From contig NC_045696.1 in NCBI RefSeq assembly GCF_009834535.1, positions 110,486,001-110,550,000 of the forward strand: a DNA stretch of 64,000 bases, written 5' to 3'. Under the pieces are notes generated by a model, which was not told the DNA's origin, ran no database searches, and worked only from the letters and a program-made list of their open reading frames with translations. Within the stretch, counting starts at the first letter, position 1; the number at the start of each line of letters is the position of its first letter. The position numbers and the translations under genes are program-made. The stretch is from Camelus ferus. Taxonomy: Eukaryota. Positions 41,501 through 56,500 of this stretch are shown one piece after another.

Positions 41501-44500
41501 TGTCTTTGATTTAGCCATTTTGGTTACAGTGTGTCGTGGTGTATTTCTCTTTAAGTTAATCCTGTACGGCACTCTACACTTACCGCTTGGATATCTGTTT
41601 CTTTTCCCCAGTGGCCTTTCAGCTATTATGTCTTCAAATATGTTCTCAACCCCTTCTCTCTCTCTCCGCCTTCTGGGACCTTTATATTGCAGATGTTAGT
41701 GCCCTTGATGTTGTCCCAGAGGTCTCTTAAACTGTCCTTATTTCTTTTCATTCTTTTTCCTTTTTTACTGTTCAGAATCATTATCTTCATTACTCTGTCT
41801 TTCAACTCACTGATCTGTTCCTCTGTATCATTTAGTCTATCATTGATTTCTTCTAGTATATTTTTTTATTTCATTTACTGTATTCTTCATTGTTGTTTGG
41901 TTGCTCTTTATATTTTCTGATTCTGTTAAAAACTTCTAACATCCCACTCCTCCACATCCATTCTCCTCCTGAGTTTTTTTTTATTATCTATATGGTCACT
42001 AGCCTGAAGTATTTTTTGGGTTGATCGCCTATCTCCAGGCACTACCTAGTTACTTAGTCCTTCTTCTGGGGTTTGGCTGGTTCCTTTGTCAGGAACGTGT
42101 TCCTCTGTTGCCTCATTTTGCCTATGTTGCTGTTTATATTGTTATGTATCTGTTACATTAGTTATGTTTTCCAACCTTGGAAAAGTGACCTTCTGTAGGA
42201 GACGTCCTATGCATCCCAGCAGCACATTTCTCTCATCACTCAAGCTATGTGCTCTCAGGGTTTCCCCTAAGAGGAACATGGGTCCTTCTGTTGTGGCAAT
42301 CTGACTGTGAGGGCAGACTGGTAGGATTGGTTGCCCCCTGGTTTCATTGGTTGCCAGCCCTGCCTTGTGTGGAGGCTGCCAGCTGCTGGTTGGTAGGCTG
42401 GCTCACAAAGCAGCTAACTAAAGAAACCTAGGGGACCTCAAAGGTAGTGCTGGCTCACTGACTGGGCAAATTCAGGGTCCAAAAGACTCCAGGGGTTGTT
42501 GCCCACTCACTAATGGGTGAAGCAAGGTCCTGGGGTTAGTACTGGACTACTGGTAGGCCAAGAAGGTCCTGGGGTCTGGTTGCATGGCCCAGGGGACCCA
42601 GAGATGGTGCCACATCACAGGTGACAGGGTGGGTTCCTAACAGAATTAGGTACAGGGTCTGGGGTGTCCTGAAGCTTGTATTGGCCTATTAGTGGACAAG
42701 CCTGGGGCTCAGCTGGTTCCAGGGCAGCATCTCGCCTGCTGGTAGGGAGACTGAATATGCAAGTTGCAGGATTGTGGTTTTCTTGCATCTTGTGTCTGCC
42801 CATGGTGGGTAGATCTGAGTCCTGGGCCCCCGGGTGGACAGGGCCATCTTCAGAGATAACTGTTGGTTCAGGGTGTCTCAAGGCAGCCTGTCTGCTGATA
42901 GGTGGGGTTGTGTCCCCACCCAGTTAGTTGCTTGGCATAAGGTGTCCCAGCATTGGCACCTACAGGCTGTTGGGCCAGGACAGGTCTGGGTACTGGGGCT
43001 AAGAAGTTGGAGGGAGGATTCCACAATAGTGCCCACCAGCACCAGAGTCCATGTGATAGAAGGAGCTGCCAAGAATAGCCGCCACCAGTCTATGTCCCCG
43101 TGGTGAGCTCTAGTTGTTTCCTGCCTCTCTGGGAGACTCTTCAAGACCAGGAAATAGGTCTGACTTAGACTCCTGTCAAATTACTGCTTTTACCCAGGGT
43201 CCTGAAATGTGTGAGATTTTGTGTGCATCCTTTTAGAGTGAAGTCTTTTATTTCTACCAGTCCTCTGGGACTCCTGAAATTAAACCCCACTGGCCTTCAA
43301 AGCCAAATGCTCTAAGGGTTCAAATTCCCAGTACAGCACCCCCAGGCTGGGGAGCCTGACATGAGGCTCAGACCTCTCACTCCTTTGGGGGAACTTCTTC
43401 AATGTAATTATTCTCCAGTTTGTGGTCACCCACCCAGGGGTATGGGACCTGACTATATTGTGATTCCACCCATTCTTCCCATCCAACTGTGGTTCCTTCT
43501 TTATGTGTTCAGTTGTAGAAGATCTTTTCTTGTAGGTTCTGGTCTTTTTCATTGTTGTTGATTCGGCAAATAGTTGTGATTTTGGTGTGCTCGTGAGAGG
43601 AGATGAGCTCATGGTCTTTCTACTCTGCCATCTTGGCCAATCTCACCAACAAAATTGATACTCTTGAGCAGCTGTTTTGCTTTGTTTTAAAGTACAGTTG
43701 ATTTACAGTATTATGTTATTTCACATTCACAACATAGTGATTCAATATTTTTGTAGATTATATTCCATTATAGGTTATTATAAGATACTGGGTATAGTTT
43801 TTCTTGTGCTATACAATGTATCCTTGTTGCTTATCTATTTTATATATGGTAGTTTGTATCTGTTAATCTCATACCCTTAATTTGTCCCTCCCTTTAGTAA
43901 CCACAAGTTTGTTTTCTGTATCTTTGAGTCTGTTTTCCTTTTGCGTATACATTATTCTGTACTATTTTTTAGATTCTACATTTAAGTGATATCATACAAT
44001 ATTTGTCTTTCTCTGCCTAACTTCACTAAGTGTAATATTCTTTATGTCTAGCCATGTTGCTGCAAATGGCAGTATTTCACTCTTTTTTTATGGTTGAGTA
44101 ATATACCGTTGTATATATACCACATCTTCTTCATCTAATCAATTGTTGATGGGCACCTGGAGGCAACCCAAGTGCAGCTGGTTTATTTTACTCTACATGC
44201 ACTATAAACATTGTGACTTGTCATGCTTCACACTTTATTCTGTCCTTAGAAAAATCAGAGCAAATTCTGCTGTCAACACTAACAACTATATATAACCTAT
44301 GACATTTAATTTTAGGTAATAACCTTACTCCCAGCTTTATCTTTTTGTTTAAAATTATTATCTTTTTCCCTGCCCTCTTCACCTACTGTTTGTCCTGTTG
44401 GATTGCATTTGTTTCTTTTGTTTTGAAAAGGTAATATACATACATATTAATAAAATTCAGTAGGGCAAAAAGCATACATAGAAAATAAAACTCAATGTAG

Positions 44501-47500
44501 AAGATAATCAAAATGAAAAGCTTTTTCAGAAAAACTGTCATAAATCATTTTATTAATAAGTTCTTTAGCACCAAAGTGAACTAGTAAATGTCCATCTCAT
44601 CCACTAGGAGTTATGCTGAGCTTTTACAGCTCTATACACAAATAGGCATACAAAGGGTTCTAATAAATTATTGCTAATTAGCATATACTAATTGATATAA
44701 TTTAATGAACCATTGTTTTTTCTCACTGGCTGTTGTTTTATAGCTTTGTGTAATTACTGAAAAAAATATTTCAGACATCTTAAAACTTTACTCCAGAGAA
44801 AATTCCCAATTTTCACTGAAACAATTGTAAACATTTATAGCATAATTAAGTGTATCATCTTCTTTTCTTTGGATGTTAAGAGCATAGAAATAAACAGAAT
44901 GCTATAGAGAAAAATACATCCAATCTTTTTTTAAGCAAATTTAACAAATCTAGCAAGTATGGTAACTTATAATAATATGATCTAACCACAACCATAGAAG
45001 GTCTTATGAAGTCAAATCATGGAGGAAGGAGTGATCGCTTTTTCCCAAAGTCACAATGGTAAATTTTTTATTTCCTGCTATATTCCAGACTCTGTACTTA
45101 CTCATTGAATAAATACATTTTAGCCACCTGCTGTGTGCCAGGTACTCTGCTAGATACTGGTAAACAAAATGGACTTTCTGTCTGCCCTTATTTAATTTTC
45201 ACACAATTCTATGCAGCTGCAAAAATTGAAAATTAGGTTAACTAGTGTGTCCACTATTGCACAGCCAGTAAATGTCCACCATTTGGGATTTGAATACTAG
45301 TCTGTGTGATTTTGAAGTCCATGTTTTTCCATAAAGCTACAATAATGTGTACAAGTGTGCAAGAGTGGCAAGGGAGTGCAAACACAAGGTTATATAGAGG
45401 CATGAAACCCAATAATTTGTACTGCCCAGATGAGCTCGGCTGTTTTATCTGGTTTAGATAATCTTGTCTAGATCATTGCTGCAGCCTCCTCACTGTCCCC
45501 TCTGCAGTCTATTCAAAACATCGCAGCTACAGTGACCTTAACAACGAGTCCTATCATGTCACTGCTCCATTCAGAACCCTCTCGATGGAGCATCTCCTCC
45601 CACATCCCATCCCTCCTGCCTCAGTACCTTGAAGTAACCATAACCATTGCTATCGGTTTGGTGTATATTCTTTCAACCTTGAGTGTGCATTTACAACCTT
45701 TATATTTAAACAGAAATAGTACCATACTCTACGTATTATTCTGCAAATTACCTTTTCCTCTAGTATTTGCAATTGAATGTCCTGAGTTATTAACTTAAAG
45801 ATATATATTCCCTTGATACATATTGCGACAAAATAGAATGAGGAAAGCTTTCTGTGTTATTAGTTCCAAATTACATGACACTTATCATGTTGCTATATAA
45901 TGGATTTTATATTCATAAAACAAATGGCATCTTTTATAACGATTATATTTTTGTACCTACAGCATGAAATAACTTACTTTAAAAATTACTATGGCCATAG
46001 GAGTGTAGTGTCTATGTGTATGTCTATGTAAGATTCATCACCAGAGCATAGCTTCGTAAATTATAAGTAATTATTAGAATTTCTTCTCTACCATAGTTAC
46101 TCCTAGTTGAAAAGTTTCAACTGATTTTGCCTCCTTTCATTAGTAAACATGTTAAGGCTGTGTAAAGTAAAATGCAAAACTGACAGCTGGTAATGGAACC
46201 GGGGCACTTGGCTCTACTCCTTCAAGGCTATTAAAATTAGTTATTTGAAAAGTGAAGTGTGCCACTGTGGGAAAAGACTGCAAACTGCAGGTTTAGATTT
46301 ACTTTTGATGGAAACTATGGCTTTTGCTATATTCTGTTTCATTTATTTCCTTATTTTAGATTTAATATATTAAAATCTTTTCATTTTTAATTACAGTCTC
46401 GCGTTATAGCTGTACTGGATTGGGAGCTTTCGACCATTGGTCATCCTTTGTCAGACTTGGCTCATTTCTCCCTCTTGTACTTTTGGCCAAGGACAATTCC
46501 AATGATAAGTCAAAGTTCTTATTGGAAAGAAAACATAGGTATGAAACATAATGTTGCCTAAATTACTATTAATATAAAATTATCTTTATTTTTCTTCATA
46601 ATTAAAAAATAGGATTATATTATAATCTTGCATAAATATCTTTGATTTGTTTCTTGAAATGTTTCTAAATCATTTTATTCTTTATTGAGTTTTTTGAATA
46701 TAGCATTCCACTTTTACTAATTTATGACAAAATATAATCATTTACATATAATGTTCTTTTGGAAATCAACATTTAGAACATATCTTGTTATGTGGATTAA
46801 TGGTTGTTATATTCAGTTTTATATACATATGTAATATTATAATATTTTGATGTATTCACCATGATTTTTCTATTAAAGTTTAGAGTATGTGCTGCTTTTA
46901 CAGGGGTACCATCAATGGAAGAACTGATTTCAATATATTGCCGCTGTAGGGGAATTAATTCTAATCTTCCTAACTGGAATTTCTTTCTTGCCCTTTCATA
47001 TTTTAAAATGGCTGGAATAGCACAGGTAATTAATTTTTATAACATATGTTTCACCATTATTTATTGATGTACTGTTGACAATATTTTCTTGTCTTTGGGG
47101 GTTTTATATTCTTCATTCTGAAGTCAATTTGTCTTTTATAGTGACAAATACCAGACATGGGTAAAATATAAATCCAGAGTTTACAGAATAGAAATTTGGC
47201 AAGGGAAAAAGTTGAGTATTAAAGTGTGTTACCACATTTTGGTATAATAAACCAAAAAGATGGAGTAAGGAGAAAAACAATGAGAAAGAGAAAAGCATGT
47301 GAGAATTGGTTATTTCCTGAATACACAATGTAAGAAAGAGCTAAAATCTTTTAATGATGTCTGAGTCAGACTATAAAACCATTTATTAACCAGGGCTAAT
47401 GATGAGGAAAGAATTATATTTGTATTTCCCAAAGCCTAGCACAGTATCTAGCATATAGTAGTCTCTTATTATGTTTTTTGAGTGAATAGATAGATAAATA

Positions 47501-50500
47501 AACTTGTCCATTTTCCATTTTCTAATAATGTGATAGTTACGTGATAAATTTTGAGAGGAAATTGAGCATAAATTCAGTTTTTTAAATTTACAGTGTAAGC
47601 AAGTGCTTTCTTCACTATAATAACTCGGTTTCCTTTTACTTTGAATCTTAGGAGTTTAAGAAATCGAGATGCTTAATCAGGGGCAAGGAGTTAGGGCTTG
47701 GGTGAAGAACAAGTAAATGAGAGATTTTAGAAATAAAAAAGAATGGGAAAAAAAGAATTAAGGAAAATTACGGTTATTTTTCCGTGTCCTCAGAGATCAT
47801 ACTATCCTCAAATAACTGAAATGTCTTCTAGGAAATAGTTGTGTTGCATCTCATCCTGTAGTTTAGAATCATGTTGATTGGATGGGTTTCTCAAAACAGG
47901 GTTTGTGGTACGTTTCTATGTCTGCCAGTTTCCACAAATGACATACCTAATAGGCTTTGAATTTAAAATGAATTTTTATTTTAAATAAAAGTTTGATATG
48001 ATTTATGATTGAAATCAATATGTGTTATAAACTATAGCCTTAGAGATGATCATAAACATTCCATTCTAATAAGAAATAGGAAATTGGAAATGATGAAATG
48101 ACTGTTAATAGTGTTTTATTGCACAAAGAATTATATAAAGAAATAAACTAATGAAATTCAGTTGAGTGTATTTGAGGGGGTGGGGCAGGGAAGAAGAGAG
48201 TATTTTATGTTAGAAGCACAGAACATGGAGAATTAAGAAAGAAAAACTGATTGGCATTCAGCTAACACCGTTCAAAGGAGAAGAGCTTCACCTAAATTAG
48301 GGATCCAAAAATGAGGTATTCTCAGAGGTCATCTCACTGCTTTCTCTTTGGTTTTATATTTTATAGTTTTTAATTTTATTTTGGTTTTGTATTTTATAGG
48401 TTTTTTTTGTTTGTTTTTTGGGTGTTTTTTTGGTTTCCTTAGATTTTTCCCCACTGTGAAGGGAGAGCAGTGGTATTTAGAGGTGATATAACTTGCCAAT
48501 TTGGTGTCTTTGGTTACTGCCAAATTCATTTTCAAGTTTGGTTTGATTCCCACTTACAAGTCTGTTATGATGAGAGTAGGTTAACCAGATGATACAAGTG
48601 TAATTCTTTAATTTGGGGAGGTATAATTATTCCTGCATGTAAATTATTAGAATTGATAGTTTGATTTATATGTTAATACTTAGTAAGTTTAGTGACTCAC
48701 ATAGCTGGGAAACTGTGGAAAGACTGGATACCTGAAGAATAGTTTTCAATGAATTTTAATCACTCTATGTTAATTTACTTATAGGGAGTATATAGTAGAT
48801 ATATTCTGGGAAATAATGCATCTGAAAGTAGCTCTCGGTTTGCCAATATTGTGCAACCTCTGGCAGAAACTGGATTACAACTCTCAAAAAGGTAAGCAAA
48901 ATTGATTCTGTGGCTAACTCAAATTAGAGCCTTTATTACCATATGTGAAGGTCATAAGCCTTAGGGGATTAGGTCTTGTTTTTGTTGCTTATAACACCAG
49001 GATTGCTGCTGCCAATTATGGCAGATTTTTTTTGTTTGTTTTTAGTATATGTCTTCTATGCTAGAAAATAAATTGACTTCAAATGTAAAGAAAATACACA
49101 TATTAATGATTAAAAGGTTTTTTTGTGTGTGTGCCAACCTAAATGAATGTATAAACTTTTAAGGATCTTGATAGAACTCTCAAATGTTTCCTTCTAATAT
49201 TTAAGTTACTTGCATATACTTATTTAAAATTATGTATTATATAAGATGATTTATTAAGTTTAGAAATGTTGCTCTCTTCCACCATCACATTTCCTGAAAT
49301 TTTATTCAGATATTTCATAAGCATCTTTGAAGTCCATGTCTCCACCAGTGGAGTACTTTTGAGGCATCTGACAGTTTTTCCAACCAGACTCCAGCTAACT
49401 GATGTGACATAAAGCACTTACTGAATGCATCGGTGGTGTGCTCCCTGGAAATTCCGCCCAAGCCACAACTCCCCATGGCATAACATTACGATGGTTGCAT
49501 TTTATAGTTCATCATGTACTTGGATATTTGTGATCTTCACAACGTAATAAACAACTATGCTGCTCTTCATAATGACCTTTAAAGATCTTGTTTGTAATGA
49601 CATCCAGCAGCTGTATTTGTGAGGCATATACTCAGTAATTATTAAATTTGTGTTCAGTTTATTTGCCTTCTTTTTTGGAGATTCTGACAGGTGACTTCAA
49701 TAAAGATTTTAAACTACCATTGATTGAGGTCATGCCACGCTTATGCCTTCTCCAAGAAGTGCTTTAGGCACTAAAGTTTAATGTCCAAAATAAAGTGATT
49801 CTGCATTCCTTCCATAATATGAAAGACTTTAAAAACTCCAAAATATGGAAACTCCTGAGAGATATTTTTGGAGAACTGGGGAAGACTTCATACTATTTTC
49901 AGAAATCTATAATAATGATTTTGGAAATCTTTGTAACTTTTCTTTTTTATGTAGAACTTTCGGTCCTGTACTGCCACAGACTGATACTACCGGGAAATTG
50001 TTTGCCCAGACTAGGACAGGCCAGGAACTTCTTACTAGGGTTAAGTGGTTCATGAAACAGCATATCTTTCCAGCTGAAAAGGTAAGTATTGTATAAACAA
50101 ACAATATATTTGTGCTGAAGGACTATTGATGAATTACTTCTCTTATCTCTGCTTCTAGAAGTACCGTGGTACCATATCTTTGCCGTCAGTCCTTACCTAG
50201 ATGCCCCTCCTCACCTTAGGACTGAACTGCTCCAGAACCTGATCTTGAAAAATTCCAAGCTACCAAAATATGCCAAGCGAATGCTACAGATAAATCTGTA
50301 GCATTAAAAATTAAGTCAAAGGGAATTAGCTGTTTGTAAAGTTGAGATCCTAAATATATTAGAGTAAAACACTGGTTTGGGAGCCTTTTCCTAAGGCAGT
50401 GACCTTCAGGGTTTTTTTTTCTTTTCTTTTCTTTTTAATGGCCCCTTTGAGGATTAAGAAAACTGTAGACTAAACAAGAGAGGCATACCCAGAAAATTTT

Positions 50501-53500
50501 ATATGTCATTTCAGACTGTTCACAGATACTACCAACCACTCCCCCGACAAGCTACTATTTTAAGGAGTTGAGTCCCAGTAAATTTACTGAGAGTAGAGAA
50601 GTAATGTGACACACTCATTCCTTTAGTTTATAATTATTGGGTACCTAATAATGGATTAGGCACCCAGAGAGCCACTGAAAGTAAAAGGAAGAATAAGAAG
50701 GCAGGGCTTATGCTTCTAGAGCTTATACTTCAGCATAAAAGAGAGATATTAAACAAGAGAAGATAAATGCTGTGAAGAAAAGATAAAAACTATTATGAAT
50801 ATATGTAAGGCAGGGACTGGGATATATGTGTGGGTGGAACACTGGTGTAGAAATTGTAAGAGTTTGATTATAGTCTGTTCCTGCCACAAGTTAGGTGGTC
50901 TTGGGCAAATCACTCTTTCTCAGAGCCTCAATTTCTTCACCTACAATATAAATAATTATGACTAGATACACAGTAAGTTTCCATTTTGATCTTCTATGAT
51001 TGAGAGGTCTAGAGCTGGATGAGCAAAAATCAAATAGGAAACTGAAAAAGACCAAAATTCTTTCAATAAAGATGTTCAAAGTTGATATGTTAATAAAGCA
51101 GCTGCTGTTTTTACTTTAATTATATGAATACTTACCATATTTTTAGTGACAATCTAGTGTGAGAGGAACTTTGCACATAGAGTGGTGTATAAAGAAACTA
51201 CTACTTAAATATGAGGAAGTGCTTTCTAAAATAGTCACCTCTTCATCTGTTCAGTGATTAAGGTATCATTTTGCAGACTTTCTGCTCTAGTTAGTATATA
51301 TATAATTTTGAGTTTAAAATTCTGAACTTCTGGGTATTAAAAAGAAAATCTGGCATTTTGGGTTCAAGATGGCAGACTGAAGTCAGCATTTATCTTCCCT
51401 CCCTCAAATAAAATCCCCTTGAATTAATAATAAAGACTTTTTATAAAATGGAATTGATAAAAACACCAAAACAGAAGGGGTACACATCAGAGGACTAAAG
51501 GTTTTAAAAAGAGAATGAAAATGGATTTGGAAAGCAGAATGGATCATACTAAAGAATAAACCTTAAGAAGAAGCCTCATCTCAAAAGAATTTCTGAGTAA
51601 GAGAGGGCTGTAACACAAGTGGTAACTTTTTTTTTTTTTAGAACTCCTTTTTCTTCTAATAATTACATGTCGTAACAGAGATTAGTTTACTGTATACTTT
51701 TTTTCTAGCTAAATATTTATTTTTTATTTTTTAAGAATCAACAGAATGCAGTAATCTAATCATAAAGGGCAGTCAAATGTGCTCACACATATTCAAGAAA
51801 TCAGTTATCTAAGTTATAAATAATAAATTGTTCATTTGTATCCTTTTTGTTTGTTTTAGATTCTACATATAAGCAATATCATATGGCATTTTTCTTTCTC
51901 TTTCTGGCTTACTTCACTTAGAATGACAATCTTCAAGTCCATCCACGTTGCCACAAATGGCATTATTTTATTCTTTTTTATGACTGAGTAGTATTCCATT
52001 CTGTATGTATGTATATGTATGTGTGTATGTATATACATATGTGTGTGTGTGTATATATATATATATCTGTGTGTATGTATGTACACATACCACATGGTAT
52101 ATATATATACCACATCTTCTTTATCCACTCATCTGTTGATGGACATTTGGGTTGTTTGCATGTCTTGGCTATTATAAACAGCACTGCTATGAACATTGGG
52201 GTACATGTGTCTTTTTGAAATATATTTTTATCTGGGTATATGACCAGGAGTGGGATTGCTGGATTATATGGTAAATATATTTTTAGTTTTTTAAGGAAAC
52301 TGCATACTGTCCTTCATACTGGCTGTACCAAGTCTATATTCCTACCAACAGTGTAGGAGGGTTCCATTTTCTCCACACCTTCTCCAGCATTTATTGTTTG
52401 TAGACTTTTCAATGATGGCTATTCTGACTGGTGTGAAGTGATACTTCATCGTAGTTTTGATTTGAATTTCTCTAACCATTAGTGATGTGGAGCATCTTTT
52501 CATATGTTTGTTGCCCATCTAGATGTCTCCTTTGGAGAGATGTCTATTTAAGCCTTCTGCCAAGTTTTTGATCGAGTTTCTTGTATTTTTCATATTAAGT
52601 TGTATGAGCTGTTTGTATATTTTGGAAATTGGTCCTTTGTCAGTCACATCATTTGCAAACATTTTCTCTCATTCTGTAGATTGTCTTTTCATTTTGTTGA
52701 TGGTATCCTTAGCTGTGTAAAAACTTTTAAGTTTAATTAGATCCTATTTGTTTATTTTTACTATTATTTCCATTGCTCCAAAAACTGGTTCAAAAAAAAT
52801 ATTGCTGTGATATATATCCAAGAGTGTTCTGCCTATGTTTTCCTCTAGGAGTTTTATAGAATCTGATCTTACATTTAAGTCTTTAATCCATTTTGAGTTT
52901 ACTTTTGTATATGGTGTTAGAGAATGTTGTAATTTCAGTCTTTTACAGGTAGCTGTCCAGTTTTCCCAGCACTATTTATTGAAAAGACTGTCTTCTCTCC
53001 ATTGTGTATTCTTACCTCATTTGTCATAGATTAATTGACCATAAGTGTATGGATTTATTTCTGGGCTTTCTATCCTGTTTCATTGATCTATGTGTCTGTT
53101 TTTGTACCAATACCATCTATTTTGATTACTGTAGTTTTGTAGTATAGTCTGAAGTCAGGGAGTGTGATTCCCCCAGATCTGTTCTTCTTTTTCAAGATTG
53201 TTTTAGCTATTCGGGGTCTTTTGTATTTCTATAAAAATTTTAACTTTTTTTGTTCCAGGTCTGTGAAAAATGTCATCGGTAATTTGATAGGGATTGCATT
53301 GAATCTGTATATTCCCTTGGGTAGTATGGCCATTTTAACAATACTGATTCTTCCCATCCAAGAATATGGTATGTCTTTCCATTTGTTTATGCCATCTTCA
53401 GTTTCTTTCATCAGTGTCTTACAGTTTTCAGAGTACAGGTTCTTTGCCTCCTTGGGTAGGTTTATTTCTAGGTATTTTATTCTTTTTGGTGTGATGGTAA

Positions 53501-56500
53501 ATGGTATTATTTTCTTAATTTCTTTTTCTACTATTTCATTGTTACTGTATAGAAATGCAATTGATTTATGTGTGTTAACTTTGTATCCTGCAACTTTGCC
53601 AAATTCATTGGTGAGCTATAGTAGTTTTCTGGTAACTTCTTTAGGGTTTTCTATGTATAGTATCATGACATCTGCAAACAGTGGCAGTTTTACTTCTTTT
53701 CCGAATGGGATTCCTTTTATTTCTTTTTCTTCTTTAATTCCTATGACTAGGACTTCCAAAACTATGTAGAATAAAATGGCGAGAGTGGGCATCCTTGTCT
53801 GGCTCCTGATCTTAGAGGAAATGCTTTCAGCTTTTCACCATTAAGTATGACATTAGCTGTGTGTTTGTCATATATGGCTTTTATTTTGTTGAGATATGTT
53901 CCCTGTATGCCCACTTTCTGGAGAGTTTTTATTATAAATGGATGTTGAGTTTCATCAAAAGCTTTTGCTGCATCTATTGAGATGGTCATACGGCTTTTAT
54001 TCTTCAGTTTGTATCACATTGATTGATTTGCAGTTATTAAAAAATCCTTGCATCCCTGGGATAAATCCCACTTGATCATGGTATATGATCCTTTTCATGA
54101 ATTGTTGGAGTCAGTCTGCTAGTATTTTGTTGAGGATTTTTGCATCTATATTCATAAGTGGTATTGGACTGTAATTTTCTTTTTTTGTGATATCTTGTCT
54201 GGTTTTGGAATCAGGGTGAATGAATTAGAAGTGTTCCTTCCTGTGCAATTTTTTAGAATAGTTTCAGAAGGATAGGTGTTAACTCTTCTCTAAATGTTTG
54301 GTAGAATTCCCCTTGTCCTGGACTTTTGTTTGTTGGGATTTTTAAAATTACTGATTCAACTTCAGTACTGGTAATTGGTCTTTTCATATTGTCTATTTCT
54401 TCTTGATTTAGAGTTGGCAAATTGTACCTGTCTAAGAAATTGTCCATTTCTTCTACTTTATCCTTTTTGTTGGTGTATAGTTGCTCATAGCAGCTGCTTA
54501 TGATCCCTTGTATTTCTGTAGTGTGGGTGTACCTTCTCTTTTTTCATTTCTGATTTTACTAATTTGAGTCCTCTCCTTTTTTTTTTTTTCTTGGTGAGTC
54601 TAACTAAAGGTTTATCAATTTTGTTTATCTTTTCAAAGAACCAGCTTTTAGTTTCATTGATCTTTTCTATTGTTTCTTTTTAGTCTCTATTTCATTTATT
54701 TCTGCTCTGATCTTTATACTTTCTTCTACTAAATTTGGGTTTTGTTTGTTCTTCTTTCTCTAGCTGCTTTAGGTGAAAGGTTAGTTTGTTTACTTGAGAT
54801 TTTTCTTATTTCCTGAGGTAGGCTTGTGTTGCTATAAACTCTCCTCTTAGACCTTCTTTTGCTGCATCCCAGAGATTTTGGATCATTGTGTTTTTGTTTT
54901 CATTTGTCTCAAAGTAGTTTTTTATTTCCTCTTTGATTTCTTTAGTGATCCTTTGGTTGTTTAGTAGCATATTATTTAACCTTCATGTGCTTGCAGTTTT
55001 TGCAGGTTTTTTTCTTATAGCTGATTTCTAACCTTATAGTGTTATGGTCAGAAAAGATGCTTGATACGATTTCAGTTTTCTTAAATTTCCTGAGGCTAGC
55101 TGTGTGGGCCAGCATGTGATTGATTCTGGAGAATGTTCCATGTGCATCTGAGAAGAATGTGTATTCTGTTGTTTTCAGATGGAATGCTCTATAGATACTA
55201 ATTAAGTCCATCTGGTCTAATGTGCTATTTAGGGCCTGTATTTCTTATTGATTTTCTGTCTGGATGATTTGTCCATTGATGTAAGTGAGGTGTTAATTTC
55301 CCCCACTATTATGGTGTTAATGTCAATTTCTCTTTTTATGTGTGTTAACAATTGCCTAATATATTGAAGTGCTCCTATGTTGGGTGCATACATATTTACA
55401 ATTGTTATATTCTTTTCTTGGATTGATCCCTTAAGCATTATGTAGTGTCCTTCTTTGTCTCTGTAACAGTCTTTATTTTAAAATTTATATTGTCTGATAT
55501 AGTATTGCTACTTAAGTTTTCTTTTGGTTTCCATTTGCATGGAATATCTTTTTCCATCCCCTTACTTTCAGCCTGCATGTTTCCCTAGATATGAAGTGGG
55601 TCTCTTACAGACAGCATATATATGGGTCTTGTTTTTGTATACATTCAGCCAGTCTATGTCCTGTTTGGAGCATTTAATATATTTACATTTAAGGTAATAT
55701 TGATAAATAAATTCTTATTGCCATTTTGTTAATTGTTTTGGGTTTGTTTTTGTAGGTCTTTTTTTTTTTTTTTCTTTCTTTCTTCTTTTTGTTCTCTTTT
55801 CTTGTGTTTTGGTGACTGCAGAAGTTCCTTTAACATTTGTTACAAAGCTTGTTTGGTGGTGTTGAATTATTTTACTTTTTGTTTATCTGTGAAGCCTTTG
55901 ATTTCTCCATCAAATCTGAATGAAAGCCTTACTGGATAGAGTATTCTTGGTTATAAGTTTTTCCCTTTCATCACTTTAAATATATAATACCACTCCTTTC
56001 TGCCTTCGGAGTTTCTGTTGAAAAATCAGCTGAAACCTTAGGGGAGTTCCTTCATATTTTATTTGCTGCTTTTCTCTCACTTCTCCTTATCCTTAATTTT
56101 CATCAGTTTGATTACTGTGTGCCTCAGTGTGTTCCTATTTGGGTTGATCCTCTGTGGAACTCTCTGCACTTCCCAGACTTAGGTGACTGTTTCCTTTCCC
56201 AAGTTAGGGAAGTTTTCAGTTATTATCTCTTCAAAAATTTTCTCAGGTCCTTTCTCTGTATCTTCTTTTTCTGGGACTCCTAAAATGCAAATATTAGTGT
56301 ACTTCATGTTGTCCCAGAGGTCTCTTAAACTATCCTCATTTTTTTTCATTCTTTTTCTTTTTTCTGTTCTGTGATAGTGATTTCCACTAATCTGTCTTCT
56401 AACTCACTGATCCATTCTTCTGCCTCATTTAGTCTATTCTTGGTTCCTTTTAGTGTGTTATTCATTTCGGTAATTTTATTCTTCAAATCTGTTTGGGTAT

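Noticed and set aside
49230..49560. Mildly CpG-containing unique patch with a minus-strand GTAAGT in ACAD11 intron 8
   Set aside because: No recognisable homology or convincing paired acceptor; cannot be supported without conservation data.
53164..53769. 201-aa hydrophobic ORF, the longest in the window
   Set aside because: It is the antisense frame of L1 ORF2, a common artefact of the T-rich strand.
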